This document shows positions 32,560 through 43,949 of a DNA stretch of 64,000 nt, piece by piece (positions within the stretch are counted from its first letter, which is position 1; each line of letters starts with the position of its first letter). The notes beneath the pieces are model-generated. The model saw nothing but the letters and a program-made list of their open reading frames with translations, was not told the origin of the DNA and searched no databases. The stretch is from Rhodocyclaceae bacterium (GTDB lineage: Bacteria > Pseudomonadota > Gammaproteobacteria > Burkholderiales > Rhodocyclaceae). The stretch lies in the NCBI GenBank assembly GCA_046294935.1, contig JBKBOI010000001.1, positions 4,633 through 68,632 on the forward strand. Reading direction: 5' to 3'. Both the position numbers and the translations under genes were made by a program.

Positions 32560-33174
32560 ATGAAAAAAACCGTCGTTTTCACCACCATGACCGCTCTGCT
32601 CGCCATGGTCTCCATGCCTGCTTTCGCCGATGCCGACGCGCGCGCCAAGGCAATCGCCGTCTTCAAGAAAGACTTCGAGCCGCGCGGCCAGGCCGACATG
32701 GACCGCCTCGCCGAGGACGGCGTGCAGGCGATCTGCAACCGCACCGGCAACAAACCGCCCGAGGCGATCGCCAAAGTTCTCGAAGCCGACCAGGCGGCCA
32801 GCGTGCGATGGCCAGCCGATGGCAAGCTGATGGGCGACTGGAAGAAAGGCGAAAAGCTGGCGCAAAGCGGCAGAGGCTTCACCTGGAGCGACAAGCCGGG
32901 GCTGCCGGTCGGCGGCAACTGCTATAACTGCCACCAGATCAGCCCGAAAGAGCTGGCCTACGGCACGATCGGCCCGAGCCTTCTGCACTTCGGCAAGTTG
33001 CGCGGCAATACGCCGGAAATGCAGAAATACGTCTATTCGAAGATCTACAACGCGAAGGCCTACAACCTGTGCTCGGAGATGCCGCGCTTCGGCCGCGTCG
33101 GGGCGCTCAAGCCCGAGCAGATCAAGGATCTGGTCGCATTGCTGCTCGACCCCGAATCGCCGGTCAATCAATAG
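32560..33174 (+). CDS. soxX: SoxX c-type cytochrome
   Basis: GGNCYNCH, GTIGPSL, MPRFG, LLDPESPVN motifs. Confidence 0.93.
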   Translation: MKKTVVFTTMTALLAMVSMPAFADADARAKAIAVFKKDFEPRGQADMDRLAEDGVQAICNRTGNKPPEAIAKVLEADQAASVRWPADGKLMGDWKKGEKLAQSGRGFTWSDKPGLPVGGNCYNCHQISPKELAYGTIGPSLLHFGKLRGNTPEMQKYVYSKIYNAKAYNLCSEMPRFGRVGALKPEQIKDLVALLLDPESPVNQ

Positions 33175-33179
33175 CCGTC

Positions 33180-33204
33180 CGGAAAGGCCCGGCTGGGCCT
33201 TTCC
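33180..33204 (+). other. Hairpin between soxX and soxB
   Basis: GGAAAGGCCC-GGCT-GGGCCTTTCC. Confidence 0.5.
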
Positions 33205-33222
33205 CGTCCCAAAGGAGAAACC

Positions 33223-34938
33223 ATGTCCATGAACCGTCGTGAGTTCATGCAGATTCTTGCGTCCGCTGCCGCGGCAGGCTTCATGCTGGATTCGCGCTCG
33301 TTGCTCGCCGCGCAAGATGGTGAAAAGTTCTACGACTTGCCGCGCTTCGGCAATGTGCACTTCCTGCATTTCACCGACTGCCACGCGCAACTGCTGCCGA
33401 TCTGGTTCCGCGAGCCTAACGTCAATCTCGGCGTTGGCAGTATGCAGGGCAAGACGCCGCATCTCGTCGGCGAGAAACTGCTCAAGGCCTATGGCATTGC
33501 GTCCGGCACGCGCGACGCGCATGCCTTCACCTATCTCGATTTCGTCGAGGCCGCGAAGATCTACGGCAGGGTCGGCGGCTTCGCGCATCTGGCCACACTG
33601 GTCAAACGATTGAAGGCAAGCCGCCCCGGCGCGTTGCTGCTCGATGGTGGCGATACCTGGCAGGGCTCGGCCACCGCGCTGTGGACCAAGGGACAGGACA
33701 TGGTCGATGCCTGCAAGCTGCTCGGCGTCGATGTGATGACCGGTCACTGGGAATACACCTATGGTGATGCGCGCGTCAAGGAAATCGTCGAGAAGGATTT
33801 CGCCGGCAAGATCGATTTCGTCGCCCAGAACGTCAAGACCGCGGACTTCAATGACCCGGTGTTCAAGCCCTATACATTGCGCGAAATGAACGGCGTGAAA
33901 GTGGCGGTGATCGGTCAGTCCTTTCCCTATACGCCGATCGCCAACCCGCGTTACATGGTGCCCGAGTGGACCTTCGGCATCCAGGACGAAGAGATGCAGA
34001 AGGTCGTCGATGAAGCGCGTGGCGCCGGCGCCCAGGTCGTCGTCGTCATCTCGCACAACGGCATGGATGTCGACCTCAAGATGGCTTCGCGCGTGACCGG
34101 CATCGATGCGATCTTCGGTGGCCACACCCATGACGGCGTGCCGCAGCCGGTCAAGGTGAAGAATGCCGGCGGCGTCACGCTGGTCACCAACGCAGGATCG
34201 AACGGCAAGTTCCTCGGCGTGCTGGATTTCGACGTCAAGGGTGGCAAGGTGGCCGACTTCCGTTACAAGCTGCTGCCGGTGTTCGCCAACCTCCTGCCGG
34301 CCGATGCACAGATGACGGCCCTGATCGAGAAGATCCGCGCACCCTACAAAGACAAGCTGGAAGAGAAGCTCGCCGTCACGGAGGGGCTGCTCTACCGGCG
34401 CGGCAACTTCAATGGCTCGTGGGACCAACTGATCCTCGACGCGCTGATGGCGGTCAAAGGCGCCGATCTCGCCTTCTCTCCGGGCTTCCGCTGGGGCACG
34501 ACGCTCCTGCCCGGTGAGACCATCACCTTCGAGCGCCTGATGGACCAGACCGCGATCACCTATCCGTATTCGACGCTCACCGAGATGACCGGCGTGCAGA
34601 TCAAGGACATCCTCGAAGACGTCTGCGACAATCTGTTCAACCCCGATCCCTACAAGCAGCAGGGCGGCGACATGGTCAGAGTCGGCGGGCTCTCCTACGC
34701 CTGCGCGCCGAACGAGAAGATGGGACGCCGCATCCAGGACATGCGCTTGAACGGCCAGCCGCTCGATCCGAACAGGAAATACAAGGTCGCCGGCTGGGCA
34801 CCGGTCAATGAAGGCGCGACCGGCGAGCCGATCTGGGAAGTCGTCGCCCGCTGGCTGCGCGAGGAAAAGACCGTGACACCGCGGAAACTCGATTCGCCGC
34901 GGCTGATCGGCGTGGCAGGCAATCCCGGTCTGGCATAG
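33223..34938 (+). CDS. soxB: Thiosulfohydrolase SoxB
   Basis: Tat NRREF, TDCHAQL, DGGDTWQGS, GGHTHD, QQGGDMVR motifs. Confidence 0.97.
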   Translation: MSMNRREFMQILASAAAAGFMLDSRSLLAAQDGEKFYDLPRFGNVHFLHFTDCHAQLLPIWFREPNVNLGVGSMQGKTPHLVGEKLLKAYGIASGTRDAHAFTYLDFVEAAKIYGRVGGFAHLATLVKRLKASRPGALLLDGGDTWQGSATALWTKGQDMVDACKLLGVDVMTGHWEYTYGDARVKEIVEKDFAGKIDFVAQNVKTADFNDPVFKPYTLREMNGVKVAVIGQSFPYTPIANPRYMVPEWTFGIQDEEMQKVVDEARGAGAQVVVVISHNGMDVDLKMASRVTGIDAIFGGHTHDGVPQPVKVKNAGGVTLVTNAGSNGKFLGVLDFDVKGGKVADFRYKLLPVFANLLPADAQMTALIEKIRAPYKDKLEEKLAVTEGLLYRRGNFNGSWDQLILDALMAVKGADLAFSPGFRWGTTLLPGETITFERLMDQTAITYPYSTLTEMTGVQIKDILEDVCDNLFNPDPYKQQGGDMVRVGGLSYACAPNEKMGRRIQDMRLNGQPLDPNRKYKVAGWAPVNEGATGEPIWEVVARWLREEKTVTPRKLDSPRLIGVAGNPGLA

Positions 34939-34990
34939 CCTGTTCCCCTGGCGCGGCTTTCGCATTCGCCGCGCTCGATAGACGGGTAAG

Positions 34991-35016
34991 ATGCCGTCCT
35001 ACCAGAACCGACTTTC
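34991..35016 (+). repeat. 26-bp dispersed motif copy, degenerate, upstream of the MBL gene
   Basis: ATGCCGTCCTACCAGAACCGACTTTC. Confidence 0.65.
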
Positions 35017-35023
35017 AGACACC

Positions 35024-35974
35024 ATGGAATTCCAACTGCTCGACTACCGCAACGGCATCTACGCCTTCGATGCCGGCTATGTCCGCCATCAGCTTGCCGC
35101 GGTGCATCTCGTCACTGATCATGGCCGCGCCGCCTTCATCGACAACGGTTCCAACGCCTCACTGCCGCGCGCGCAACGTGCATTGCAGGAGTTGGGTCTT
35201 GCGCCCGAGGCGGTCGATTACGTGATCGTCACGCACATCCATCTCGATCATGCTGGCGGCTCAGGCGCCTACATGCAGACCTTTCCGAACGCGAAATTCG
35301 TCGTCCATCCACGCGGCGCGCGGCACATGATCGACCCGACGAAGCTGATGGCTGCCACCGAGGAGGTCTATGGCAAGGAAAATGCGCAGCGACTCTATGG
35401 CACGCTGATCCCCGTGCCGGCGGATCGCGTGCTCGAAACCTCGGATGGCATGGTGCTCACCTTGGGCCAACGAGAGTTGGCGTTCTACGATTCCCCCGGC
35501 CATGCGAAACACCACGTCTTCATCCACGACCGCGCCGCCAATGGCATCTTCACCGGCGATACCTTCGGCATCGTCTACCGCGAGATGGATGCGCCCGATG
35601 GCCGGCATTTCGTCTTCCCCTGCCCGACGCCCTCGCAGTTCGATCCAGTCGACTGGCGCGATTCGGTCGAACGCATGATCGCCCTTGCACCCGAGGCGAT
35701 GTATCTCACCCACTTCAGCCGCGTCGCGCCGCCGCGCCCGCTGGCCGAGCAACTTTTGCGACGCATCGACGACTGCGTGCGGTTGACGAAAGAAACGCTG
35801 CGCGAGGGGGATGACGGCGAAGCCCATGCGCGGTTGAAGCGCAAACTCGGCGAATATCTGCTCGCCGAGGCGCGCAGGCATGGCACGCCGCTTCCCGACG
35901 GCGAAATCCTCGAACTCTGGGAAACGGATCTCGACCTCGACGCGCAGGGACTCCTCATCTGGGCGCGGGCGTAG
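35024..35974 (+). CDS. MBL-fold metallo-hydrolase
   Basis: THIHLDHAGG, PGHAKHH, FTGDTFG motifs; alternative start at 34991. Confidence 0.85.
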   Translation: MEFQLLDYRNGIYAFDAGYVRHQLAAVHLVTDHGRAAFIDNGSNASLPRAQRALQELGLAPEAVDYVIVTHIHLDHAGGSGAYMQTFPNAKFVVHPRGARHMIDPTKLMAATEEVYGKENAQRLYGTLIPVPADRVLETSDGMVLTLGQRELAFYDSPGHAKHHVFIHDRAANGIFTGDTFGIVYREMDAPDGRHFVFPCPTPSQFDPVDWRDSVERMIALAPEAMYLTHFSRVAPPRPLAEQLLRRIDDCVRLTKETLREGDDGEAHARLKRKLGEYLLAEARRHGTPLPDGEILELWETDLDLDAQGLLIWARA

Positions 35975-35985
35975 AATTCGGGGCG

Positions 35986-38900
35986 ATGTCCGCGCCCTCT
36001 TCTTCTCCTCGCTTCGTCCACCTCCGCCTCCACAGCGAATACTCGATCACCGACGGCCTGATCCGGCTCGACGATGCGGTCAAGCGCGCCGTGGCGGATG
36101 GCATGCCGGCACTGGCGCTCACCGATCTGGCCAACCTCTTTGGCATGATCAAGTTCTATACGGCGGCACGCAATGCCGGAATCAAGCCGATCATCGGCTG
36201 CGACGTCTGGATCGGCGAGGAACGAGGCGCTCTGGCCGATCCGATGCAAACGTCGGGCACGCGGCTGTTGCTGCTGGCAAAGAACCGCGCCGGCTATCTG
36301 CGCCTGTGCGAGTTGCTCACCGCCGCCTATCTGCGGCCGCGCCGTCAGGGCCGCGCCGAGATTCCGCGCCGACTCTTCGACGGCGACAACTCGGGGTTGA
36401 TCGCGCTCTCCGGCGCGCAGTCTGGCGAAATCGGCCTATGGCTCATCGCCGGCAAGCCGGACAAGGCAGCGGCCTGCGCGCGCCACTGGGCTGCGCTGTT
36501 TCCGGATTCCTTTTACCTCGAAATCCAGCGTCCCGATGGCAGCCGCGACGATTCTGCGCAGGAAAGCCTGATCGCCGCAACGCTGCAGCTCGGCGCGCAG
36601 CTCGATCTACCGGTGGTGGCGACGCATCCGGTGCAGTTTCTCGATCCCAGCGACTTTCGTGCCCACGAGGCGCGCGTGTGCATCGCCGAGGGTTATGCGA
36701 TGGGCGACAAACGCCGGCCGCGGCTCTTCCATCCAGCCCAGTATTTCAAGACGCAGGACGAAATGGCGCAGTTATTCGCCGACCTGCCCGAAGCACTGGA
36801 AAACAGCGTCGCGATCGCAAGCCGCTGCAACCTCAGCGTGCCGCTCGGCAAGAGCTTCCTGCCAAAGTTTCCGACGCCCAACGGCGAATCCGTCGAAGAC
36901 TATCTCGCCCGGGCCGCCCGCGCCGGTCTGGAAAAGCGTCTCGAACGGCTCTATCCCGATCCGCACGAGCGCGAAACCCGCCGCCCGCAATACGACAGCC
37001 GGCTCGAATTCGAAATCCAGACCATCATCCAGATGGGCTTTTCCGGCTATTTCCTGATCGTCGCCGACTTCATCAACTGGGGCAAGAACAATGGCGTGCC
37101 GGTAGGGCCCGGACGCGGTTCCGGCGCCGGCTCCTTGGTAGCCTATGCGCTGGGCATCACCGACCTCGACCCCTTGCGCTACGAGCTCCTCTTCGAACGC
37201 TTCCTCAATCCCGAGCGCGTCTCGATGCCAGACTTCGACATCGACTTCTGCCAGGAAGGCCGCGACCGGGTGATCGACTATGTGCGCAGCAAATACGGCC
37301 AGCATGCGGTCTCGCAAATCGCCACCTTCGGCACGATGGCGGCCAAGGCGGTGATCCGCGACGTCGGTCGCGTGCTCGATCTGCCCTTCAATTTCGTCGA
37401 CCAGTTCGCGAAACTCATTCCAAACGAGCTGGGTATCACGCTAAAAGAAGCGCGCGAGAAGGAACCGCAGATCGACGAGCGTCTCGCCCAGGAAGAGGAG
37501 CTCGCCGAGCTCTGGCAGCTTGCCGAAAAGCTCGAGGGACTCACACGCAACGTCGGCATGCACGCCGGCGGCGTGCTGATCGCGCCGGGCAAGCTCACCG
37601 ATTTCTGTCCGCTCTACTCGGCCGACGGCGGCGCCGAACACATCGTCACCGTCAGCCAGTTCGACAAGGACGACGTCGAGAAGGCAGGCCTGGTCAAGTT
37701 CGACTTTTTGGGCTTACGCACGCTGACGATCCTCGCCGAGGCCGTGCGCTTCGTCAAAGACGTGGAAGGCATCGAGTTGCGGCTAGATGCCTTGCCGCTC
37801 GACGACAAGGAAACCTTTGATCGGATCTTCAAGACCGCGAACACCACCGCGGTGTTCCAGTTCGAATCGCGCGGCATGAAAGAGACGCTCTTGCAAGCGA
37901 AACCCGATTGCCTCGAAGACCTGATCGCCTTGAATGCGCTCTACCGTCCCGGGCCGATGGACTTCATCCCGAACTTCATCAACCGCAAGCATGGCCGCGA
38001 AAGGGTGGTCTATCCGCACCCGCTGCTCGAAAAGGTGTTGAAGCCCACCTACGGCATCATGGTCTATCAGGAACAGGTCATGCAGACCGCCCGGGTGATC
38101 GCCAATTACACCCTGGGCGGCGCCGACCTGCTGCGCCGTGCGATGGGCAAGAAAAAGCCCGAGGAGATGGCCAAGCAGCGCGCGATCTTCGTCGCAGGCG
38201 CAGCCAAGAACGGCATCGACGAAGAAAAGGCGAATGAGATCTTCGACACGATGGAAAAGTTCGCCGGTTACGGCTTCAACAAGTCGCACGCCGCCGCCTA
38301 CTCGCTTCTCGCCTACCAGACCGCCTGGCTCAAGTGCCATCACCCGGCCGCCTTCATGGCGGCGACGCTGTCGTCGGAAATGGCCGATACCGACAAGGTG
38401 CAGTTCTTCTTGAGCGATGCGCGGGCAAACGGCATCGATTTTTTGCCGCCGGACATCAACGAGGGACTCGTGCGCTTCACACCCATCGACGCCCGGACCA
38501 TCCGCTATGGGCTGGGCGCGATCAAAGGCACCGGCGAAGCCGCGCTCGCCGCGATCCTCGAGGCGCGCAAGGCCGGCCCATTCGTCGATCTGTTCGATTT
38601 CTGCCGCCGCATCGACCGGCGCACGGTCAATCGTCGCGTCATCGAGGCCTTGATCCGCGCCGGCGCATTCGACAGCCTCGACGATCACCGCGCGAAACTG
38701 CTCGCCTCGGTGGGCCGGGCGCTCGAAGCCGCCGACCAGGCCGAGAAGAACGCCCACCAGGGCGGCCTGTTCGATTCTCCCGACGGCAGCGCAGCCACGG
38801 AAACCCATTACCTCGACGTGCCGCGCTGGACGGAGCGCGAACGGCTGCTGAACGAGAAACAGGCGCTGGGCTTTTTCTTTTCCGGCCACCCGTTCGATGC

Positions 38901-39471
38901 CCATGCCAGCGAGATCGCCGCCTTCGCGCCGCGGCGGCTGGCCGATCTGCAGCCGGCACGCGAGGCGCAGCTGATCGCCGGCATCGTGCTGGGCGTGCGC
39001 ACGCAGATGTCCCGACGCGGCAAGATGGCCTTCGTGCTGCTCGACGACGCCAGCGCGCAGCTCGAAGTCTCGGTGTTCAACGAGCTTTGGGAGTGCGTGC
39101 GCGCCAAGATCGAGGAAGACGAGCTGCTGATCGTCGCAGGCAAAGTGAGCCGCGACGATTTCAGCGGGGGCTTACGCGTGGTGGCCGATGAAGTGCTCAC
39201 GCTCGCCGAAGCGCGCGGGCGCTTCGCGCACCTGCTCAGGCTGTCGTTCGATGGCCAGTCGCTCGCCGGCGGCGCCGAGCGTCTGCGCAGCTTGCTCGCC
39301 CCCTACCGCGCCCAGGAAACCGCATGCCCGGTGCGCATCCGTTACCGCAACCGGGAAGCCGAAGCCGAACTGGTCCTCCCGACCACCTGGCGCGTGCGGC
39401 TCGACGATCGTCTGCTGGCGGAACTCGGCGACTGGCTGATGCCCGAAAACGTCCACGTGGTCTATCGGTAG
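35986..39471 (+). CDS. dnaE: DNA polymerase III alpha subunit
   Basis: PHP HLRLHSEYS, GPGRGSGAGS, PDFDIDF, GYGFNKSHA motifs; no intein seen. Confidence 0.98.
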   Translation: MSAPSSSPRFVHLRLHSEYSITDGLIRLDDAVKRAVADGMPALALTDLANLFGMIKFYTAARNAGIKPIIGCDVWIGEERGALADPMQTSGTRLLLLAKNRAGYLRLCELLTAAYLRPRRQGRAEIPRRLFDGDNSGLIALSGAQSGEIGLWLIAGKPDKAAACARHWAALFPDSFYLEIQRPDGSRDDSAQESLIAATLQLGAQLDLPVVATHPVQFLDPSDFRAHEARVCIAEGYAMGDKRRPRLFHPAQYFKTQDEMAQLFADLPEALENSVAIASRCNLSVPLGKSFLPKFPTPNGESVEDYLARAARAGLEKRLERLYPDPHERETRRPQYDSRLEFEIQTIIQMGFSGYFLIVADFINWGKNNGVPVGPGRGSGAGSLVAYALGITDLDPLRYELLFERFLNPERVSMPDFDIDFCQEGRDRVIDYVRSKYGQHAVSQIATFGTMAAKAVIRDVGRVLDLPFNFVDQFAKLIPNELGITLKEAREKEPQIDERLAQEEELAELWQLAEKLEGLTRNVGMHAGGVLIAPGKLTDFCPLYSADGGAEHIVTVSQFDKDDVEKAGLVKFDFLGLRTLTILAEAVRFVKDVEGIELRLDALPLDDKETFDRIFKTANTTAVFQFESRGMKETLLQAKPDCLEDLIALNALYRPGPMDFIPNFINRKHGRERVVYPHPLLEKVLKPTYGIMVYQEQVMQTARVIANYTLGGADLLRRAMGKKKPEEMAKQRAIFVAGAAKNGIDEEKANEIFDTMEKFAGYGFNKSHAAAYSLLAYQTAWLKCHHPAAFMAATLSSEMADTDKVQFFLSDARANGIDFLPPDINEGLVRFTPIDARTIRYGLGAIKGTGEAALAAILEARKAGPFVDLFDFCRRIDRRTVNRRVIEALIRAGAFDSLDDHRAKLLASVGRALEAADQAEKNAHQGGLFDSPDGSAATETHYLDVPRWTERERLLNEKQALGFFFSGHPFDAHASEIAAFAPRRLADLQPAREAQLIAGIVLGVRTQMSRRGKMAFVLLDDASAQLEVSVFNELWECVRAKIEEDELLIVAGKVSRDDFSGGLRVVADEVLTLAEARGRFAHLLRLSFDGQSLAGGAERLRSLLAPYRAQETACPVRIRYRNREAEAELVLPTTWRVRLDDRLLAELGDWLMPENVHVVYR

Positions 39472-39495
39472 CCACCGGCCGGCGTCGTCCCGCCG

Positions 39496-39521
39496 GTGCC
39501 GTCCCGCCAGCGCCGACTTTC
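39496..39521 (+). repeat. 26-bp dispersed motif copy between convergent dnaE and acyP
   Basis: GTGCCGTCCCGCCAGCGCCGACTTTC, preceded by a partial CGTCCCGCC. Confidence 0.85.
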
Positions 39522-39795
39522 ACAGTGATGCACGCCGCTCGAAGCCGGAGAACTCGCCCTCGCCCAGCTCGACCGCGACATGATCGACGCGTGCCGCCGG
39601 CGGCCCGCGCCGAGCCCAGTTCATGATCGCCGCGACTTGCTCCGGGGCGCCGCAAACCATTGCCTCGACGCTGCCGTCAGAACGATTCCTCACCCAGCCG
39701 GTGACGCCAAGCCGCCGCGCCTCATGGCACATGGTCTCGCGGAACCCCACACCCTGCACGCGGCCGGTGATGATCAGATGCCGGACTTCCTTCAT
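39520..39795 (-). CDS. acyP: Acylphosphatase
   Basis: GRVQGVGFR and [13 protein letters not shown] motifs. Confidence 0.93.
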   Translation of the reverse strand: MKEVRHLIITGRVQGVGFRETMCHEARRLGVTGWVRNRSDGSVEAMVCGAPEQVAAIMNWARRGPPAARVDHVAVELGEGEFSGFERRASL

Positions 39796-41879
39796 TTGAC
39801 CTGCATGCCGGGCTGCGCGCCGGAATCGGGAGATAGCAGGAACAGGCCGGGATGCTGGCCGGTCGGATCGGAAGCGGCGAGCACCATGCCCTCGCTGATG
39901 CCGAATTTCATCTTGCGCGGCGCGAGGTTGGCGACCATCACGGTGAGCCGTCCGACGAGTGCTTTCGGATCGTAGGCGGACTTGATACCGGCGAACACCT
40001 GGCGCGTGCCGAGAGGGCCGACATCGAGCGTGAGCTCGATGAGCTTTTCCGCTCCCTCGACATGGGATGCATCGACAATGCGCGCGATGCGCAGATCGAT
40101 CCTGGCGAAATCGTCGATCGTGATCTGGGCCACGCCGGCCGGCTTTTCCCCAGCCTGGTGCTGGGCGTGGCGTTGCGGTGAATGCGCCTCGGCCGTGGCT
40201 GCCAGCGTCTCGCGGTTTGCAGCCAGCAGCGCATCGATCTGTTTTTTCTCGATGCGGCCCATCAGATGCTCATAAGGATTGATCGCATGCCCCGGCGGCA
40301 GCAGATGCGTCGCATCGCTCCAATGCAGTGGAGCGACGTTCATGAATTCCTCGGCACGCTGCGCGAGTTTCGGCAATACCGGCTTGAGATAGAGCGTCAG
40401 CAGCCGGAAGGCATTGATCAGCATCGTGCACACCACATGCAGTTCGCGCTCGCGGCCGCCTTGTCTGGCTAGCTTCCAGGGCTGGTGACGATCGACGTAT
40501 TGATTCACCTGGTCGGCGAGCGCCATGATGCGGCGGATCGCGCGGGCGAAATCACGCTGTTCGTAATGGCAGGCGATTTCCTCCGCAGCGAGCATCAGCT
40601 CGGGCAGGCTGCCCATGAAGCGCTCGTGGAAAGGTTCGTCGAGCAGCTTGCCCTCGAACTGCTTGGTGATGAAGCCGGCGGCACGGCTGGCGATGTTGAT
40701 GAACTTGCCGATGAGGTCGCTATTGACGCGGGAAACGAAGTCTTCGAGGTTGAGGTCGATGTCCTCCATCGTGCCATTCAGTTTCGCCGCGAAGTAGTAG
40801 CGCAGCCACTCGGGGTTCAGCCCTTGCGCCAGATACGATTCCGCGGTGATGAAGGTGCCCCGCGACTTCGACATCTTCGCGCCATCGACGGTCAAAAAGC
40901 CGTGGGCGAAGACGTTGGTTGGCGTACGGTAGCCGGCGAACTCGAGCTCGGCCGGCCAGAACAGCGCATGGAAGTAGAGAATGTCCTTGCCGATGAAATG
41001 ATAAAGCTCGGCCTTGGAATCCGGCTTCCAGTAGGCGTCGAAGTCGATGCCTTTCTTGGCGCACAGATTCTTGAACGAGCCCATGTAGCCGATCGGCGCG
41101 TCGAGCCAGACATAGAAATACTTTCCTAGCGCATCCGGAATCTCGAAGCCGAAATAGGGCGCATCACGCGAAATGTCCCAGTCGGTGAGTCTGTTCTCGC
41201 CCTCCTCGCCGAGCCACTCGGTGAGCTTGTTGGCGGCCTCGGGCTGTAGGCTGCCCTTGCGTGTCCACTCGCGCAGGAATTGTTGACAGCGTGGATCGGA
41301 GAGCTTGAAGAAATAATGGTCGGACGATTTGAGCTCCGGCTTCGCACCGGAGACCGCGGAATAAGGGTTGATCAAGTCGGTCGGCGCATAGGCGGCGCCG
41401 CAGGCTTCACAGGAATCGCCATACTGGTCTTTCGCGCCACATTTCGGGCATTCGCCCTTGATGAAGCGGTCGGGCAGGAACATTTCCTTCACCGGATCGT
41501 AATACTGCTCGATCGCGCGCACCTCGATCAACCCAGCCGCTTTCAACTTCCTGTAGATGTCTTCCGAATAGAAGCGCGTCTCCTCGGAGTGCGTGGTGTA
41601 GTAATTGTCGAAGGCGATGAGAAAACCAGTGAAATCACGCAAGTGCTCGCCATGCACGCGACTGATGAGCTGTTCTGGCGAAACACCTTCCTTCTCGGCG
41701 CGCAGCATGATCGGCGTGCCGTGCGTGTCGTCGGCGCAGACATACCAGCATTCATGGCCGCGCATCTTTTGGAAGCGCACCCAGATATCGGTCTGGATGT
41801 ATTCGACCAGATGGCCGAGGTGGATGGCGCCGTTGGCGTAAGGCAGCGCGGAGGTGACGAGAATCTGGCGGGAAGTCAT
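39792..41879 (-). CDS. metG: Methionine--tRNA ligase
   Basis: [17 protein letters not shown], zinc knuckles, C-terminal tRNA-binding domain. Confidence 0.98.
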   Translation of the reverse strand: MTSRQILVTSALPYANGAIHLGHLVEYIQTDIWVRFQKMRGHECWYVCADDTHGTPIMLRAEKEGVSPEQLISRVHGEHLRDFTGFLIAFDNYYTTHSEETRFYSEDIYRKLKAAGLIEVRAIEQYYDPVKEMFLPDRFIKGECPKCGAKDQYGDSCEACGAAYAPTDLINPYSAVSGAKPELKSSDHYFFKLSDPRCQQFLREWTRKGSLQPEAANKLTEWLGEEGENRLTDWDISRDAPYFGFEIPDALGKYFYVWLDAPIGYMGSFKNLCAKKGIDFDAYWKPDSKAELYHFIGKDILYFHALFWPAELEFAGYRTPTNVFAHGFLTVDGAKMSKSRGTFITAESYLAQGLNPEWLRYYFAAKLNGTMEDIDLNLEDFVSRVNSDLIGKFINIASRAAGFITKQFEGKLLDEPFHERFMGSLPELMLAAEEIACHYEQRDFARAIRRIMALADQVNQYVDRHQPWKLARQGGRERELHVVCTMLINAFRLLTLYLKPVLPKLAQRAEEFMNVAPLHWSDATHLLPPGHAINPYEHLMGRIEKKQIDALLAANRETLAATAEAHSPQRHAQHQAGEKPAGVAQITIDDFARIDLRIARIVDASHVEGAEKLIELTLDVGPLGTRQVFAGIKSAYDPKALVGRLTVMVANLAPRKMKFGISEGMVLAASDPTGQHPGLFLLSPDSGAQPGMQVK

Positions 41880-41968
41880 GGCGTCGGATTTCTTGGAAAA
41901 GGACTGGAAATTCTAGCAAACGCCCTCACATGCCCGCTGCCTGCGATAATGTTGGATTAACCTGATCA

Positions 41969-42109
41969 GGGCGCCTCGAAAAACCGTCGCGAGCGGGTGG
42001 AGGGCAAGGCGATTGGTGCGCAGCGACCGAGACATATCAAATAGATAGGCGAGGGAGCGAGCACCGCGCAACGCGAGCCTCGCCCGCGCAGCAGGTTTAG
42101 CGAGTGCCC
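41969..42109. mobile_element. MITE/REP-like structured element, copy 2
   Basis: GGGCGCCTCG...CGAGTGCCC termini; shares CTCGAAAAA(AA)CCGTC-CGAGCGGGTG-AGGGCAAGGCG-TTGGTGCGC and CACCGCGC-ACGCGAGCCTCG-CGCGCAGC with 25109-25253. Confidence 0.65.
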
Positions 42110-42130
42110 ATCAATCATTCGGAGCCCCCC

Positions 42131-43222
42131 ATGTCTTTAAACGAACAAACCATCCAGGAAGCCCTCAAGTCGGTCATCGACCCCAACACCGGCAAGGATC
42201 TCGTCAGCACCCGGAGCGCCAAGAACATCAAGATCGACGGTAACGACGTCGCCCTCGATGTCGAACTCGGCTATCCGGCGAAGAGCCAGATCGACCCGAT
42301 CCGCAAGATTGTCATCGATGCGATCAAGGCCATTCCCGAGGTGGGCAACGTCTCGGCGAACGTCTATCAAAAGATCGTCTCGCATGCAGTGCAAAAAGGC
42401 GTGAAGCTGATTCCCGGCGTGAAGAACATCATCGCCGTCGCATCGGGCAAGGGCGGCGTCGGCAAGTCGACCACCGCCGTCAATCTCGCCTTGGCGCTCG
42501 CCGCCGAAGGCGCCAATGTCGGCCTGCTCGACGCCGACATCTACGGTCCCTCGCAGCCCCAGATGCTGGGCATCCCGGACAGCCAGCCCGAATCGACCGA
42601 TGGTCGCAAGCTCGAACCGATGGTCGCGCATGGCATTCAGGCGATGTCGATCGGCTTTTTGATCGACCCGGAAACGCCGATGGTCTGGCGCGGACCGATG
42701 GTCACCCAGGCGCTCAATCAGCTCCTGGGCGACACCAACTGGAAAGACCTCGACTATCTGGTCGTCGATCTGCCACCGGGCACCGGCGACATCCAGCTCA
42801 CGCTGGCGCAACAAGTGCCCGTCACTGGCGCGGTGATCGTCACCACGCCGCAGGACATCGCGTTGCTCGATGCCAGAAAGGGCCTCAAGATGTTCGAGAA
42901 GGTCGGCATCCCGATCCTAGGGATAGTCGAGAACATGAGTATCCACATCTGCTCGAAGTGCGGCCATGAAGAACACATCTTCGGCGAAGGCGGTGGCAAG
43001 AAGATGTGCGAGGACTACGAAGTGGAATTCCTCGGCGCCCTGCCGCTCGACAAGAACATCCGCGAGCAGGTCGATTCCGGCCATCCCACAGTCGTCGCCG
43101 ATCCCAACGGCCGCGTCGCCGAGATCTACCGCACCATCGCGCGGCGCATCGGCGTCAAGATCGCCGAGCAGGCTAAAGATCATTCGTCGAAGTTCCCGAC
43201 CATCGTCGTGCAGAACACCTGA
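42131..43222 (+). CDS. apbC: Iron-sulfur cluster carrier ApbC/Mrp
   Basis: [37 protein letters not shown] motifs; divergent from metG. Confidence 0.95.
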   Translation: MSLNEQTIQEALKSVIDPNTGKDLVSTRSAKNIKIDGNDVALDVELGYPAKSQIDPIRKIVIDAIKAIPEVGNVSANVYQKIVSHAVQKGVKLIPGVKNIIAVASGKGGVGKSTTAVNLALALAAEGANVGLLDADIYGPSQPQMLGIPDSQPESTDGRKLEPMVAHGIQAMSIGFLIDPETPMVWRGPMVTQALNQLLGDTNWKDLDYLVVDLPPGTGDIQLTLAQQVPVTGAVIVTTPQDIALLDARKGLKMFEKVGIPILGIVENMSIHICSKCGHEEHIFGEGGGKKMCEDYEVEFLGALPLDKNIREQVDSGHPTVVADPNGRVAEIYRTIARRIGVKIAEQAKDHSSKFPTIVVQNT

Positions 43223-43248
43223 GCCCGCCCGGAATTGTGGTCTAATTC

Positions 43249-43282
43249 ACGACGCCTCCGCCTGCCGGAGGCGTCGTCTTTT
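43249..43282 (+). terminator. Rho-independent terminator-like hairpin after apbC
   Basis: ACGACGCCTCCG...CGGAGGCGTCGT followed by CTTTT. Confidence 0.6.
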
Positions 43283-43295
43283 GGGAGACGCCCGC

Positions 43296-43865
43296 ATGAG
43301 CATCAAATCGGACAAGTGGATTCGCCGCATGGCGCAGGAGTACGGCATGATCGAGCCGTTCTCTCCGGAACTGGTGCGCGAGGTCGATGGCCAGAAGATC
43401 GTCTCCTACGGCACCTCCAGCTACGGCTACGACATCCGCTGCGCGGACGAATTCCGGGTATTCACCAACATCAACCACACCATCGTCGACCCCAAGGCCT
43501 TCGACCCGGATTCCTTCGTCGAGGTCTCAGGCAAGGGCTACTGCGTCATCCCGCCGAACTCCTTCGCGCTGGCACGCACCGTCGAATACTTCCGCATCCC
43601 GCGCAGCGTGCTCACCATCTGCCTCGGCAAGAGCACCTATGCACGCTGCGGCATCATCGTCAACGTCACCCCTTTCGAGCCTGAATGGGAAGGCTATGTG
43701 ACGCTCGAATTCTCGAATACCACCCCCCTGCCGGCGAAGATCTATGCCGGCGAGGGGTGCGCCCAGGTGATCTTCTTCGAATCCGACGAGATCTGCGAAA
43801 CCTCATACCGCGACCGTGGCGGAAAATATCAAGGGCAAGTCGGCGTCACCCTTCCCAAGATCTGA
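43296..43865 (+). CDS. dcd: dCTP deaminase
   Basis: [33 protein letters not shown] motifs. Confidence 0.95.
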   Translation: MSIKSDKWIRRMAQEYGMIEPFSPELVREVDGQKIVSYGTSSYGYDIRCADEFRVFTNINHTIVDPKAFDPDSFVEVSGKGYCVIPPNSFALARTVEYFRIPRSVLTICLGKSTYARCGIIVNVTPFEPEWEGYVTLEFSNTTPLPAKIYAGEGCAQVIFFESDEICETSYRDRGGKYQGQVGVTLPKI

Positions 43866-43949
43866 GCCTAGCGCATACCCGTCTTCTCATTTCGTCGACC
43901 CGCCGCCGGCTGCCCGGGGCGGGTCTTTCCTTTTCAGGAGCGAATCCAG

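Noticed and set aside
32533-34965. 810-aa minus-strand ORF, and many similar long overlapping ORFs
   Set aside because: Antisense shadows of real genes (soxX/soxB etc.), expected at high GC; no recognisable motifs
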